From Candidatus Latescibacterota bacterium (lineage in GTDB: Bacteria > Latescibacterota > UBA2968 > GCA-2709665): DNA of 64,000 nucleotides. The DNA lies in assembly GCA_965116875.1 (NCBI GenBank), contig OZ220733.1, forward strand, positions 864,001 through 928,000. Direction: 5' to 3'. A program made the translations under genes and the position numbers. The notes under the pieces were generated by a model that searched no databases, had not been told where the DNA came from, and worked only from the letters and a program-made list of their open reading frames with translations. Position 1 is the stretch's first letter. Each line of letters opens with the position of its first letter. This document shows, piece by piece, positions 40,315-48,914 of the stretch.

Positions 40315-41229
40315 TCACCCGGTTCGCACCGGCTTCCCCAGCGCCTCGGCCATCGCACGGATATGGGATGGACCGGCGCCGCAGCAGCAACCCACGAAGT
40401 TGATCCCTTCCGACCTCGCCTTCAGCGCAAACGCCCCCATATCGTCAGGCGTGACACCGTTGCGATGCCGGCGGACGGCATAGCCGACGTCTTCGGTATC
40501 CGCCATTTGCCTGAATCCCTTCGGCTGGCAGGCGATCGGTACATCCACCGCTTCCCGCATCTCGAGCGCCGTCGGCAGCATCTGGTCCGGGTCGCCGATG
40601 CAGACGGTCCCCACGATATCCGCGCCGTCGTCCACGAGGGCACGGGCGCATTCCGCCGCGGTTGCGCCGTCCTTTGTCTCCTTGTAGCTGCCGATGCCCA
40701 CAAGCGCCATCGTCGGCAGGCCGGTCTTCTTGCAGCTTTCCACGCACAGGCGCATCTCGTCCAGACGGGAAAACGTCTCCGGGATCAGGAAGTCCGCGCC
40801 GGCGTCGACGAGAATCGCGATCTGCTCTTCCCATTCGGCCTGCGCGCGGGCGCCCGACGATGGATCCTCCGGATTGTAAACCCGGTCTCCCAGTCGGGAA
40901 CCCTTCATCGTGGTTACGAGACAGCCGCCTACCGGCGCCTCCCAGTCCGATCCCTCCTTGGCCGCCCGAATCCCGGTCCTGTTGATCTCGTCCACACGGT
41001 CACCCCATCCGTATTTCTTCTCCAGTTGGGCACCGGAGGTAAACCACGTCAGCGCCTGGAGCACCTCCGAACCCGAATTGTAGAAGTCCCGATGGATCTG
41101 CTGAAGCGCATCCGGGTTTGAGCCGATGATGCCGGGCACATCGTACCCGCGCCAGTTCGCCTCCAGGAACATCCCACCGTCTCCCAGGACGATCCCCTCG
41201 TTAAACATCTCCATCAATTTCCGCGCCAT
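40315..41229 (-). CDS. HMT-family protein (copy 4), near-duplicate of copy 3
   Basis: Same motifs; only scattered substitutions versus 38840..39754. Confidence 0.9.
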   Translation of the reverse strand: MARKLMEMFNEGIVLGDGGMFLEANWRGYDVPGIIGSNPDALQQIHRDFYNSGSEVLQALTWFTSGAQLEKKYGWGDRVDEINRTGIRAAKEGSDWEAPVGGCLVTTMKGSRLGDRVYNPEDPSSGARAQAEWEEQIAILVDAGADFLIPETFSRLDEMRLCVESCKKTGLPTMALVGIGSYKETKDGATAAECARALVDDGADIVGTVCIGDPDQMLPTALEMREAVDVPIACQPKGFRQMADTEDVGYAVRRHRNGVTPDDMGAFALKARSEGINFVGCCCGAGPSHIRAMAEALGKPVRTG

Positions 41230-41291
41230 ATCTCGATTCTCCCATCAACAGAAGCGGAATTGCGCCACCCCCAAAGTTCCCCAATCCCTTG

Positions 41292-41635
41292 ATGTGGGTA
41301 GAGGTGAGAGGGTAGACGGTAGATGAAACCCTTGCCCGGTATGTCTTTCCTCATTGCCTTCGGCACGGAAAGAGTCCTCACGAGGCAGGCAATCTCTCCC
41401 CTCTCCCGGCTTACGTCTACCCGCTTTTGAGGGGCCGGGGGGAGAGGTCGCCTTAATGCGGTGAGACGGGAGAAGAAGCCCTTGCCGATTAGTCCCTCCG
41501 ACTTGCCTGCGGCATGAGAAGAAACCTCACGGGGCAGCCAATATCTACCCTCTCACGTCTCCCCTCTCACCCGGTGGTCGGGCGGCCGGGTGAAGTGTGG
41601 TCTTCTACCGTCTCACGTCTCCCCTCTTCCCGCCT
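41292..41635 (+). repeat. Two tandem R2 copies (E 41292-41432, F 41456-41635)
   Basis: E matches the 22409 subtype; F is nearly identical to 44379..44565. Confidence 0.85.
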
Positions 41636-42571
41636 TTACAGGAGTTGATACGGACCCGGCTGATCCGGCATCGACGTCGGTTTCCCGATCGCCTCCGCCA
41701 TCGCCCGGATGTGATACGGCAGCGCCCCGCAGCATGCGCCGATGAAGCCCACGCCCATATCCCAGGCATCTCGCGCGTAGTCGGCCATCTCGCGCCTGGG
41801 CTGGTGACGGAGCTCGAAATGAACGCTGGATCCGGAGGCGATCTCCCGGGTATACTCCGCGCCGTTTTCCAGGACGTACGCCAGAGGCTGGGCGCAGACG
41901 GGAACGGACACCGCTTCCATCATCTTCCGCAGGATATCCCGGCACATGTACCACGGCCGCCCGCAATTCACGCCCACCACGTCGGCGCCCTCGTCCACGA
42001 GCCGTTTCGCGACTTCATCCGGCAGTAACCGGTCGGCGGTGTACTCTCCCGATTTATACGTGAACGCCACCACGGCGGGCACACCTGCGGCTTTGATGCT
42101 GGGCAACCCCAGTAGCGCCTCCTCCACGGAATAAAAGGTCTCCACGATGAACAGGTCCACGCCTGCCGCGGCCTGCTGTCCCACCCGCCGCTCGAAGAAC
42201 GCCTGCGCCTCGCGCCTCTCCCGTGCGGAAATGGGCGACCGCCTCCGGTACGATCCGATTCCGGAGGGGCTGAGCGTACCCGCCACGAAGCGGTCCGGTC
42301 CGGCGGCTTCCCGTGCAAGCTCCACCGCGGTACGGTGCAGTTCTTCATCCCGCTCCATCCGGCCCACGCCCCAGGTCATGGCCTGCAGCACCTCGGCGCC
42401 CGCAAGCGCGAACTCCCTGTGCAACTGGAGCAGACCCTCCGGGTGGTCCAGCACGGCCCAGGGTACGCCTTTGGAGAAACTCCCCAGGCACCGGCGTTCC
42501 AACTCCAAAAAATAGCCGCCGTCCCCAAGTACCGGCCCGTCCTTCAGACGATCCAGAAAACCTGATGCCAT
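41636..42571 (-). CDS. HMT-family protein (copy 5)
   Basis: LGDGG, HREFALAGA, ETF, GVNC, IGACCG. Confidence 0.9.
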   Translation of the reverse strand: MASGFLDRLKDGPVLGDGGYFLELERRCLGSFSKGVPWAVLDHPEGLLQLHREFALAGAEVLQAMTWGVGRMERDEELHRTAVELAREAAGPDRFVAGTLSPSGIGSYRRRSPISARERREAQAFFERRVGQQAAAGVDLFIVETFYSVEEALLGLPSIKAAGVPAVVAFTYKSGEYTADRLLPDEVAKRLVDEGADVVGVNCGRPWYMCRDILRKMMEAVSVPVCAQPLAYVLENGAEYTREIASGSSVHFELRHQPRREMADYARDAWDMGVGFIGACCGALPYHIRAMAEAIGKPTSMPDQPGPYQLL

Positions 42572-42852
42572 GGTAAACCCTCCTGCCAGATTCCAGCCTC
42601 AACTCGAAAAGAAAAAACTGACAATTTAGCCACAAAAGGCACAAAAACACAAAGGGTCATACCGGTCCAAAATCGTCATTGACAAACACATCTGTCCAAA
42701 ATCGTTGTTTCATGACGAATTCATTTCGGACCTGGAATCTTCTCCTTGCGAGTCGCCGCAGGACCCGGTAAATCCCTATAGTCCCCATACCGGACACAAG
42801 CGCCTTGCGACCGAAGGCGATCTGCCTTCTTTCACGGCATGATCCACTAATA

Positions 42853-43007
42853 CCCGGAGCGAGGGCATCCTGCCCTCGAACTTCGTTTGACCCGTCGATA
42901 ACCGATTCAATGGCCTATTGTTTCCTTTGTATCCGAAATCATATTGAAAACGACAGCGTCAGAGCCTCGCGACCTGGCCGTCGAGGGCAGGATGCCCTCG
43001 CTCCGGG
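42853..43007. repeat. Inverted pair of GGAG-type REPs (CCCGGAGCGAGGGCATCCTGCCCTCGA)
   Basis: 42853-42879(+) and 42981-43007(-); further copies at 44603, 44911 and 48073. Confidence 0.85.
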
Positions 43008-43092
43008 GAACGTCAGACAACCGGTCCCAGGTCGATTTCTGTCCTGGACAGCAGTGGATTTGCATATTGTACAGTGTCAGACGGCGAACTGG

Positions 43093-44295
43093 CTAAACCG
43101 GGAAATTGCCGGCTTTTCTCTTCTCGGAAGGCCGGAAATCCGGGACCTCCAGACAGGCGCTGCCCTGTTCCACGGACTGAACGGCCACGATGGCCGGCGC
43201 CGTGAGTTCGGCCGACCTGTACACGTTCAGCGGCGGGTCCGAATCGTTCAGGATGGCGTCCAGAAACGACGACAGCGCGAAGTAGTCCATATTCCCGTGC
43301 CCGCTGCCCCGCGCCTCCTCGGGCAGGTCTTCCTCGGAATATCGCCACGCCGCCTCCCGCGCGGATTCCTCTCCGGAACTCGCCAGCCAGATCTTCGGCG
43401 TGTCCACTCCCCGTGGGCCGCCGTATATCTCCGCGGAACGGGCGGTCTCCACCTTTCCCGTGGTCCCTTCCAGGTGCCACCAGTGATGGTCCCGGGGCGT
43501 CGCATACGTGAATCCGACCGCCATCCGGATGATCGTATCGTTTTCCGTGTGCATCATCGCCACCTCGATGTCCGATGCGGGGATCCCTTCGTAATAATAG
43601 CTCCGCGGGCGCGTTGCCATGCACGTCACCCGCGTCACCCGGTCCTGCAGCACCGTCAGGATGGGGCCCAGGTCGGTGGCCATGTAGAGAATCGGGTGAG
43701 GAAACCAGTTCCACATCCTGCTCTTCGCGGCCCTCGGATGACTCGACGCATCGTCCAGAAGGATGCGTTCGCCCGTTTCGGAATCGATCCAGAACCGGTC
43801 CTGCGTCATCCCGTGGAGATACTGTCCCTCGGCGAAGATGACGTGGCCGAGTTCGCCCTGCCGGACCAGTTTGCGCCATGCCTTCACAAACGGGTGGTAC
43901 ATCACCTGTTCGGCCATCTGAAATTTCAGCCCGCTGCGCTCCACCGCCACCACCATCCGCCACAAATCATCCATATCGTACGTCAGCGACACTTCGCAGC
44001 ACGCGTGTTTCCCTGCCTCCATCGCCCGGCAGATCAGGTCCGGCTGATCGTGCGGCGCCGTCACGATCGCCACGGCGTCGACGTCCGCCTTCGCCAGCAT
44101 CTCTCCATAGTCCGTAAAGCACGCGATCTCCGGATCGCCGGCCTCCCGGTACGCCTGCCCCACAAGCGCCTCGACCCTGTCGCACAGCGCCGTCACGCGG
44201 CACGTCCTGATGCGCAGCAGGTTCTTCATCCACGACCGCCTGCCCCGCGGCCCCAGCCCCACGATTCCGATCTTTACCTGTTTCTGTTTGGGCAT
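43093..44295 (-). CDS. Gfo/Idh/MocA family oxidoreductase (copy 3)
   Basis: IGIVGLGPRG; AGKHACCE; PRDHHWW; GSGHGNMDY. Confidence 0.9.
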   Translation of the reverse strand: MPKQKQVKIGIVGLGPRGRRSWMKNLLRIRTCRVTALCDRVEALVGQAYREAGDPEIACFTDYGEMLAKADVDAVAIVTAPHDQPDLICRAMEAGKHACCEVSLTYDMDDLWRMVVAVERSGLKFQMAEQVMYHPFVKAWRKLVRQGELGHVIFAEGQYLHGMTQDRFWIDSETGERILLDDASSHPRAAKSRMWNWFPHPILYMATDLGPILTVLQDRVTRVTCMATRPRSYYYEGIPASDIEVAMMHTENDTIIRMAVGFTYATPRDHHWWHLEGTTGKVETARSAEIYGGPRGVDTPKIWLASSGEESAREAAWRYSEEDLPEEARGSGHGNMDYFALSSFLDAILNDSDPPLNVYRSAELTAPAIVAVQSVEQGSACLEVPDFRPSEKRKAGNFPV

Positions 44296-44350
44296 CAGAG
44301 GCCTCCTTCAATGGTTTACAATATCGAAGGTGTGACGTGTGGCAATTCTA

Positions 44351-45030
44351 TTGCGCGGGCGACCGGCCGGTCGCCTAAATGCGGTGAGACGGGAGAAGAA
44401 GCCCTTGCCGATTTGTTCCTCCGACTTGCCTGCGGCATGAAAAGAAACCTCACGGGGCAGCCAATATCTCCCCTCTCACGTCTCCCCTCTCACCCGGTGG
44501 TCGGGCGGCCGGGTGAAGTGTGGTCCTCTCCCCTCTCCCGGCTTACGTCTCCCCGCTTTTGAGGGTTGGTGGGAGCTGACAGCTGATCGCTCTCTCCGAG
44601 ACCCCGGAGCGAGGGCATCCTGCCCTCGATAGCCTTTATCCGGTCCTGCTTCACAGCGCTGACTTCAACCGATTGTGATTTTGATTCAGGCTGAGAGCTG
44701 AGTCTGCTGGTTTTGTCGTTGCTTTTGCGCGGGCGACCGGCCGGTCGCCCAAATGCGGGTAGACGGGAGAGGGTAGACGGTAGAAGAAATCCTTGCCCGA
44801 CGCTTAATTCCTCGTTGCCTCCGGCACGAGAAGAAGCCTGACAATGCAGGTAATCTCTCCCGTCTCCCGGCTTACGTCTCCCCGCTTTTGAGGGTTGGTG
44901 GGAGGTGCCCCCCGGAGCGAGGGCATCCTGCCCTCGATGCGCCCCTTCTGGTCCTTCCGCTTCAGGGTGCTGACATCGGCTGATTGTTTCTTTGGTTCAA
45001 GCTGATGGCTGAGAGCTGATAGCTGACAGC
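44351..45030 (+). repeat. Composite repeat array (palindrome + R2 + GGAG-REP, twice) ending in GCTGANN heptamers
   Basis: GGGCGACCGGCCGGTCGCC at ~44357 and ~44731; R2 at 44379-44565 and 44753-44894; REP at 44603 and 44911. Confidence 0.85.
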
Positions 45031-45263
45031 TTCTTTCGCTGTTTCTCGACATGACAGGACACGCCCGGTTCCGGCATTCGAGGCTGACGGTTAGCAGCAC
45101 CAGCTAAATCCGAAACAGAAACGGCAGCCGAGTATCAGGCTGCCAGAACTTTAACGAAATATGGGGTCTCCGGCGCTGGAGGAGTTCGATAAGTTTTCCT
45201 GCGTGGATGCTCACTCTGTCACCGCATTCGTCTACCTGACCCGCACACGAGCGCCCATGCCCT

Positions 45264-45665
45264 TCAGTTACAGTCTACTTCGACGGCCAGTGCCTGACGG
45301 ACAAACTGAAGGATATCACCGGCAAATCGCAGTCCCTGCTCGCTCTGAAGCGCGCCGTAGTGTACATAAGGCGGCCCTTCCGGATAGCACATGGGACTGC
45401 GTGTTTGCAGATAGTAGTTGTCGAGCACCCGACCTCTATCGACGAGATCTTCCGGCGGCGTCTCCGGGAGTTCGGTCAGGAGGCGGGCTATAACGTTGCT
45501 TGTCTGCCTCTTTCCGCCGGCAACATGGAGCGCCTTGACGGCCTTCTCGGCCGCCTGGTGCGAGGCGAAGCACGCCCAGTCGTGACGGCCGTCTCTCTTT
45601 GCGGCTGCAGCGTGCTCCAGATCGTGCTCCGCCTGGTCGAGCCAGTCTCTCCAACGTTGCGCCAT
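45264..45665 (-). CDS. HEPN domain protein
   Basis: WLDQAEHDL..WACFASHQAAEKAVKA..LDNYY.TR; start placed at MAQRW. Confidence 0.85.
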   Translation of the reverse strand: MAQRWRDWLDQAEHDLEHAAAAKRDGRHDWACFASHQAAEKAVKALHVAGGKRQTSNVIARLLTELPETPPEDLVDRGRVLDNYYLQTRSPMCYPEGPPYVHYGALQSEQGLRFAGDILQFVRQALAVEVDCN

Positions 45666-45985
45666 ACTGTTGCTCGAATCCTGTCTGATTCCGAACGTCG
45701 ATACGACCAATTCGGGCTGTCTTTTTGCCACGAAAGGCGGCAATTTCACTAACCCATGATGTGGAAAGTTAAAATATCCCTAATTCCATACTTAAGCAAG
45801 GGGAAATGGCGTCGTGGCCGTTTGCGGCGGCAGGAATGCGCATCGGCCCTACCGGCTCTCGGGCCCTGAACGGTGCTCTTCGGCAGATAAAGCGTTGACG
45901 GAGGTTAGACAGATATTTAACTTTAACATCGATTCCACGTTTTTCCTGTGTGTTCGATTTGATATTATCAGGAAGGACCAAATAA

Positions 45986-46276
45986 ATGAACAGAGATGAC
46001 GCCGTAAAACTGCTTCGAGCGCACAAGGCGACCCTTGCACAGCGCTTTGGCGTTGTAGACCTCGCCCTGTTCGGGTCAATCGTCCGCAATCGAGCCATAG
46101 GCGACAGCGACGTTGACATCCTGGTGAGGTTCGACTCGCCGGCAACGTCAAAACGGTATTTTGGCGTGCAGTTTTACATCGAAGACCTGCTGGAGCGTCC
46201 GGTTGATCTGGTAACGGACAAAGCGTTGCGGACGGAAATGCGTCCATATATAGAGCGGGAGAAAATCAGTGTCTGA
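45986..46276 (+). CDS. Minimal nucleotidyltransferase (MNT) antitoxin-like protein
   Basis: LFGSIVR..SDVDILV..VDLV. Confidence 0.9.
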   Translation: MNRDDAVKLLRAHKATLAQRFGVVDLALFGSIVRNRAIGDSDVDILVRFDSPATSKRYFGVQFYIEDLLERPVDLVTDKALRTEMRPYIEREKISV

Positions 46277-46367
46277 AGGACACCACCAAGTAGAAAGGAA
46301 GAAAGAAGAAGGAAAAAGGAAGAAGGGATAATTTCGCGATTGATGAGCTGAATGGAGTGTTGACGGA

Positions 46368-46760
46368 ATGAAGGATGAAGGAGGAACGAAGAAGGAAGAC
46401 GTGGTTGATCTTCGGAGTCGGACGAAGGAGTTTGCGCTACGGATCATTCGCCTTTATTCGGGTCTTTCAAAGCAGACCGAGGCACAAATAATAGGCAGGC
46501 AGATGATCCGTTCCGGAACGTCGGTTGGGGCAAATTACCGGGAGGCATATCGCGCAAGGAGCAAAGCGGAGTTCGTCGCAAAAGTCGGTGAATGTCTGAA
46601 GGAGATTGAAGAAACCGGATATTGGCTTGAACTGCTCGGCGACTCAGGACTCGTTCCCGAGGAGCAACTTGAAGGCCTGACAAATGAATGCCGTGAATTA
46701 ACCGCAATTTTCGTCGCTTCAATTCGTACGGCGAAGAGCAGCGATGAACGCGGAGCATGA
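46368..46760 (+). CDS. Four-helix-bundle protein (23S rRNA IVS / Avd-like family)
   Basis: RTKEFALRII..QMIRSGTSVGANYREA..SKAEF..EETGYWLELL. Confidence 0.92.
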   Translation: MKDEGGTKKEDVVDLRSRTKEFALRIIRLYSGLSKQTEAQIIGRQMIRSGTSVGANYREAYRARSKAEFVAKVGECLKEIEETGYWLELLGDSGLVPEEQLEGLTNECRELTAIFVASIRTAKSSDERGA

Positions 46761-46944
46761 AAAACAAGGAAGAAGGAAGAGGGAAGATTTGCGAGTCTTT
46801 GAATAGTCAGGCGATCGCAGACCTCGCGAATGCTGGCGACGGACCACCCGATTATCCTGCCTTTATTTCTTCCTTTTTCCTTCTTCCTTTTTCCTTTACT
46901 CGGGCCTTCCAAAGCGGAGTTCATCGCAAAGTCCGGCGAATGTC

Positions 46945-47657
46945 TGTTAATGATCGCCCATATGCGGCCAAAGCGCGATCGGCCTAATGCGGCCACTTCA
47001 GGATCGCCTTAATCAGGCCACCTGGGATACGATTGAGGTTTCGGACTTTCCGACAACGTATCTACCTTCTGAGTGTCTCCCCGACAGTCAGGAGGGAAGA
47101 TCATGGCAAACCGGAGGTTCGAGATGTATCAGTATCGCCAGGTATTGACGCGTATGCGTTTGGGCGAGTCGGATCGTGCGATCGCCCGTTCAGGGTTGAT
47201 GGGTCGCGAGAAGGCCGGCGCGCTTCGTGAGGTCGCAGGCCGCGAGGGGTGGCTGGAGGCTTCCGGCGCGTTGACTGATGATGCGACCCTTGCGCAGTTT
47301 CTGGATGTTCCTTCCTCACGACCTCAGTCGGCCTCTTCGGTCCTCCCTTACCAGGACAAGGTCACGGCCTGGTGGCGTCAGGGTATCCGGGGTACGGTCA
47401 TCCACCAGGCATTGGTGGACACCTACGGCTATGCCGGCTCGCATTCTTCCGTTCGGCGTTTTCTCGAGGGGCTCAAAGACGCGCATCCCGACGTCACCAC
47501 CGTGTTGGACTTCGATCCGGGCGACGTGGCGCACGTGAACTTTGGGCGGGGTCCCACGATAAAGGGCTTCTTCACGGAACAGGCCACCGAGACGTGGATC
47601 TTCAGCGATGGTGCTGGCCTGGTCTGGGCTCAATTATGCCGATCATGGTTGGCCTGA
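46945..47657 (+). mobile_element. istA: IS21-family remnant: left end plus truncated, frameshifted istA
   Basis: TG-start end with three GATCG..GGCCA subterminal repeats (46952-47022); ORF from 47103 MANRRFEM..SVRRFL..FDPGDVAHVNFG; frame breaks near MVLAWS; no istB. Confidence 0.8.
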
Positions 47658-47967
47658 ATACGGCGATCCGTGACAGGCTACTCTTTTGGCGGAAAGTGCT
47701 TCATCACCAAAGGCGCGATCGGTCAGCACGGGAGAATTCGCGTCCTGTGCCGCGAACACGGCGTGGCTGATCGGCTGATCAAAGTATCTGATTCGTGTGT
47801 AACGAAAACGTTCCACAGGTCAACCTCAGAATTGAGAACCTGCACTGGGCTAAAGCAAGAGTCAGGCAAGGGTGAGGCATGAGTCGGGCAAGAGTCAAGG
47901 CACCAAGTCGGCACGAAGTCAGCACCAGGTCACTGGACGTGAGCCGAAGAAATGTCCTTCCGGACGA

Positions 47968-48053
47968 CCTCAATACCCCATTTTTCACCGGTACTTTCTG
48001 TGCCTTTTGTGCTTTTTGTGGTAAATTTGACTGTAGTTTTTTTCGAATTGAGG
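47968..48053 (-). repeat. Repeat family R3, inverted copy
   Basis: Reverse complement aligns with 9336..9422. Confidence 0.85.
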
Positions 48054-48253
48054 CTGATGGGTGAGGCGAAGTTCGAGGGCAGGATGCCCTCGCTCCGGAT
48101 GTTGGTGCATCACGTCGTGATTGATGGCAGATTGCCTTCGGTCGCAGGGCATTCGTGGCCGGTGTCGTGATATCCGGGTATTACCTGCTTCTGTGACTCC
48201 CTCTCAAGGGGGGAGTGATTGGACCGTCAGATTTGCTCTCGCCTTCGCTGAAA

Positions 48254-48592
48254 CTGTCATCCTAAGGAGGCGGAAAGGCTGGTCAGGCGTCCGCGCACAG
48301 GTCCTTCCACAAAGACCATATGCTAATCGTACAATCGCGAATACGGGAGATTCTTCGCTGCGCTCTGAATGACACGACTTACAAAAACCATTGGCGAAAT
48401 GTACCTGTCAGATCTTCGCTCCGCTCTGAATGACATGATGGCCGATAGCCGAGTACGATGCTTCCCGCTGTCATCCAGAGGACTTGCCCTGCTTGTGCTG
48501 CTTGCACTGAGCCTGTCGAAGTGGCCTGTCGAAGCAAGCCTGCCGAAGGATTGTCGAAGGGTCGAAGGCGCTGCCCTGAGCCTGTCGAAGGG
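48254..48592. repeat. TGTCAT..CTTCGCT(G/C)CGCTCTGAATGACA and (GCC)TGTCGAAG repeat clusters
   Basis: CTTCGCTNCGCTCTGAATGACA at ~48353 and ~48414; five or six GTCGAAG-like units at 48509-48592. Confidence 0.7.
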
Positions 48593-48914
48593 TGCCTCCT
48601 GGCCGACGAAGGATTTACTGCAGCATCGGATCATCCCCGTGCGATTTGCACATTTCGATAACTGGGAGGCAGCGCGTCATCGGCAGCCGATTGACCGTTC
48701 TTGCCGATGAGATCCAGGAAGACCTCCGCGATATCCAGCCCGGAGTTTGGCCTGGTAGGGAAAAATGTTTCGGGGCGAAGATCGATAAGTGGAATCGTAA
48801 GCGACGCCCGGTCCGAAGCCGACCACTTCTGCCACACTCACAGGTTCCGTTGCTCCATGTGTGACCCCGAGACACGGTCATTTCGGGGTCTCCTGCAATT
48901 TCAAAGGACAGCCC

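Noticed and set aside
42572-43090. Possible SAM or cobalamin riboswitch upstream of HMT genes
   Set aside because: No consensus recognised by eye; the region is explained by R3 and REP repeats. An Rfam scan would be decisive
46368-46946. Diversity-generating retroelement (Avd-like gene plus a nearby duplicate as TR/VR)
   Set aside because: No reverse transcriptase in the window, and mismatches (G/A, A/G, G/T, T/C, T/C) are not adenine-specific
48631-48837. 68-aa minus-strand ORF
   Set aside because: No motif or RBS support; may be a gene remnant but cannot be supported
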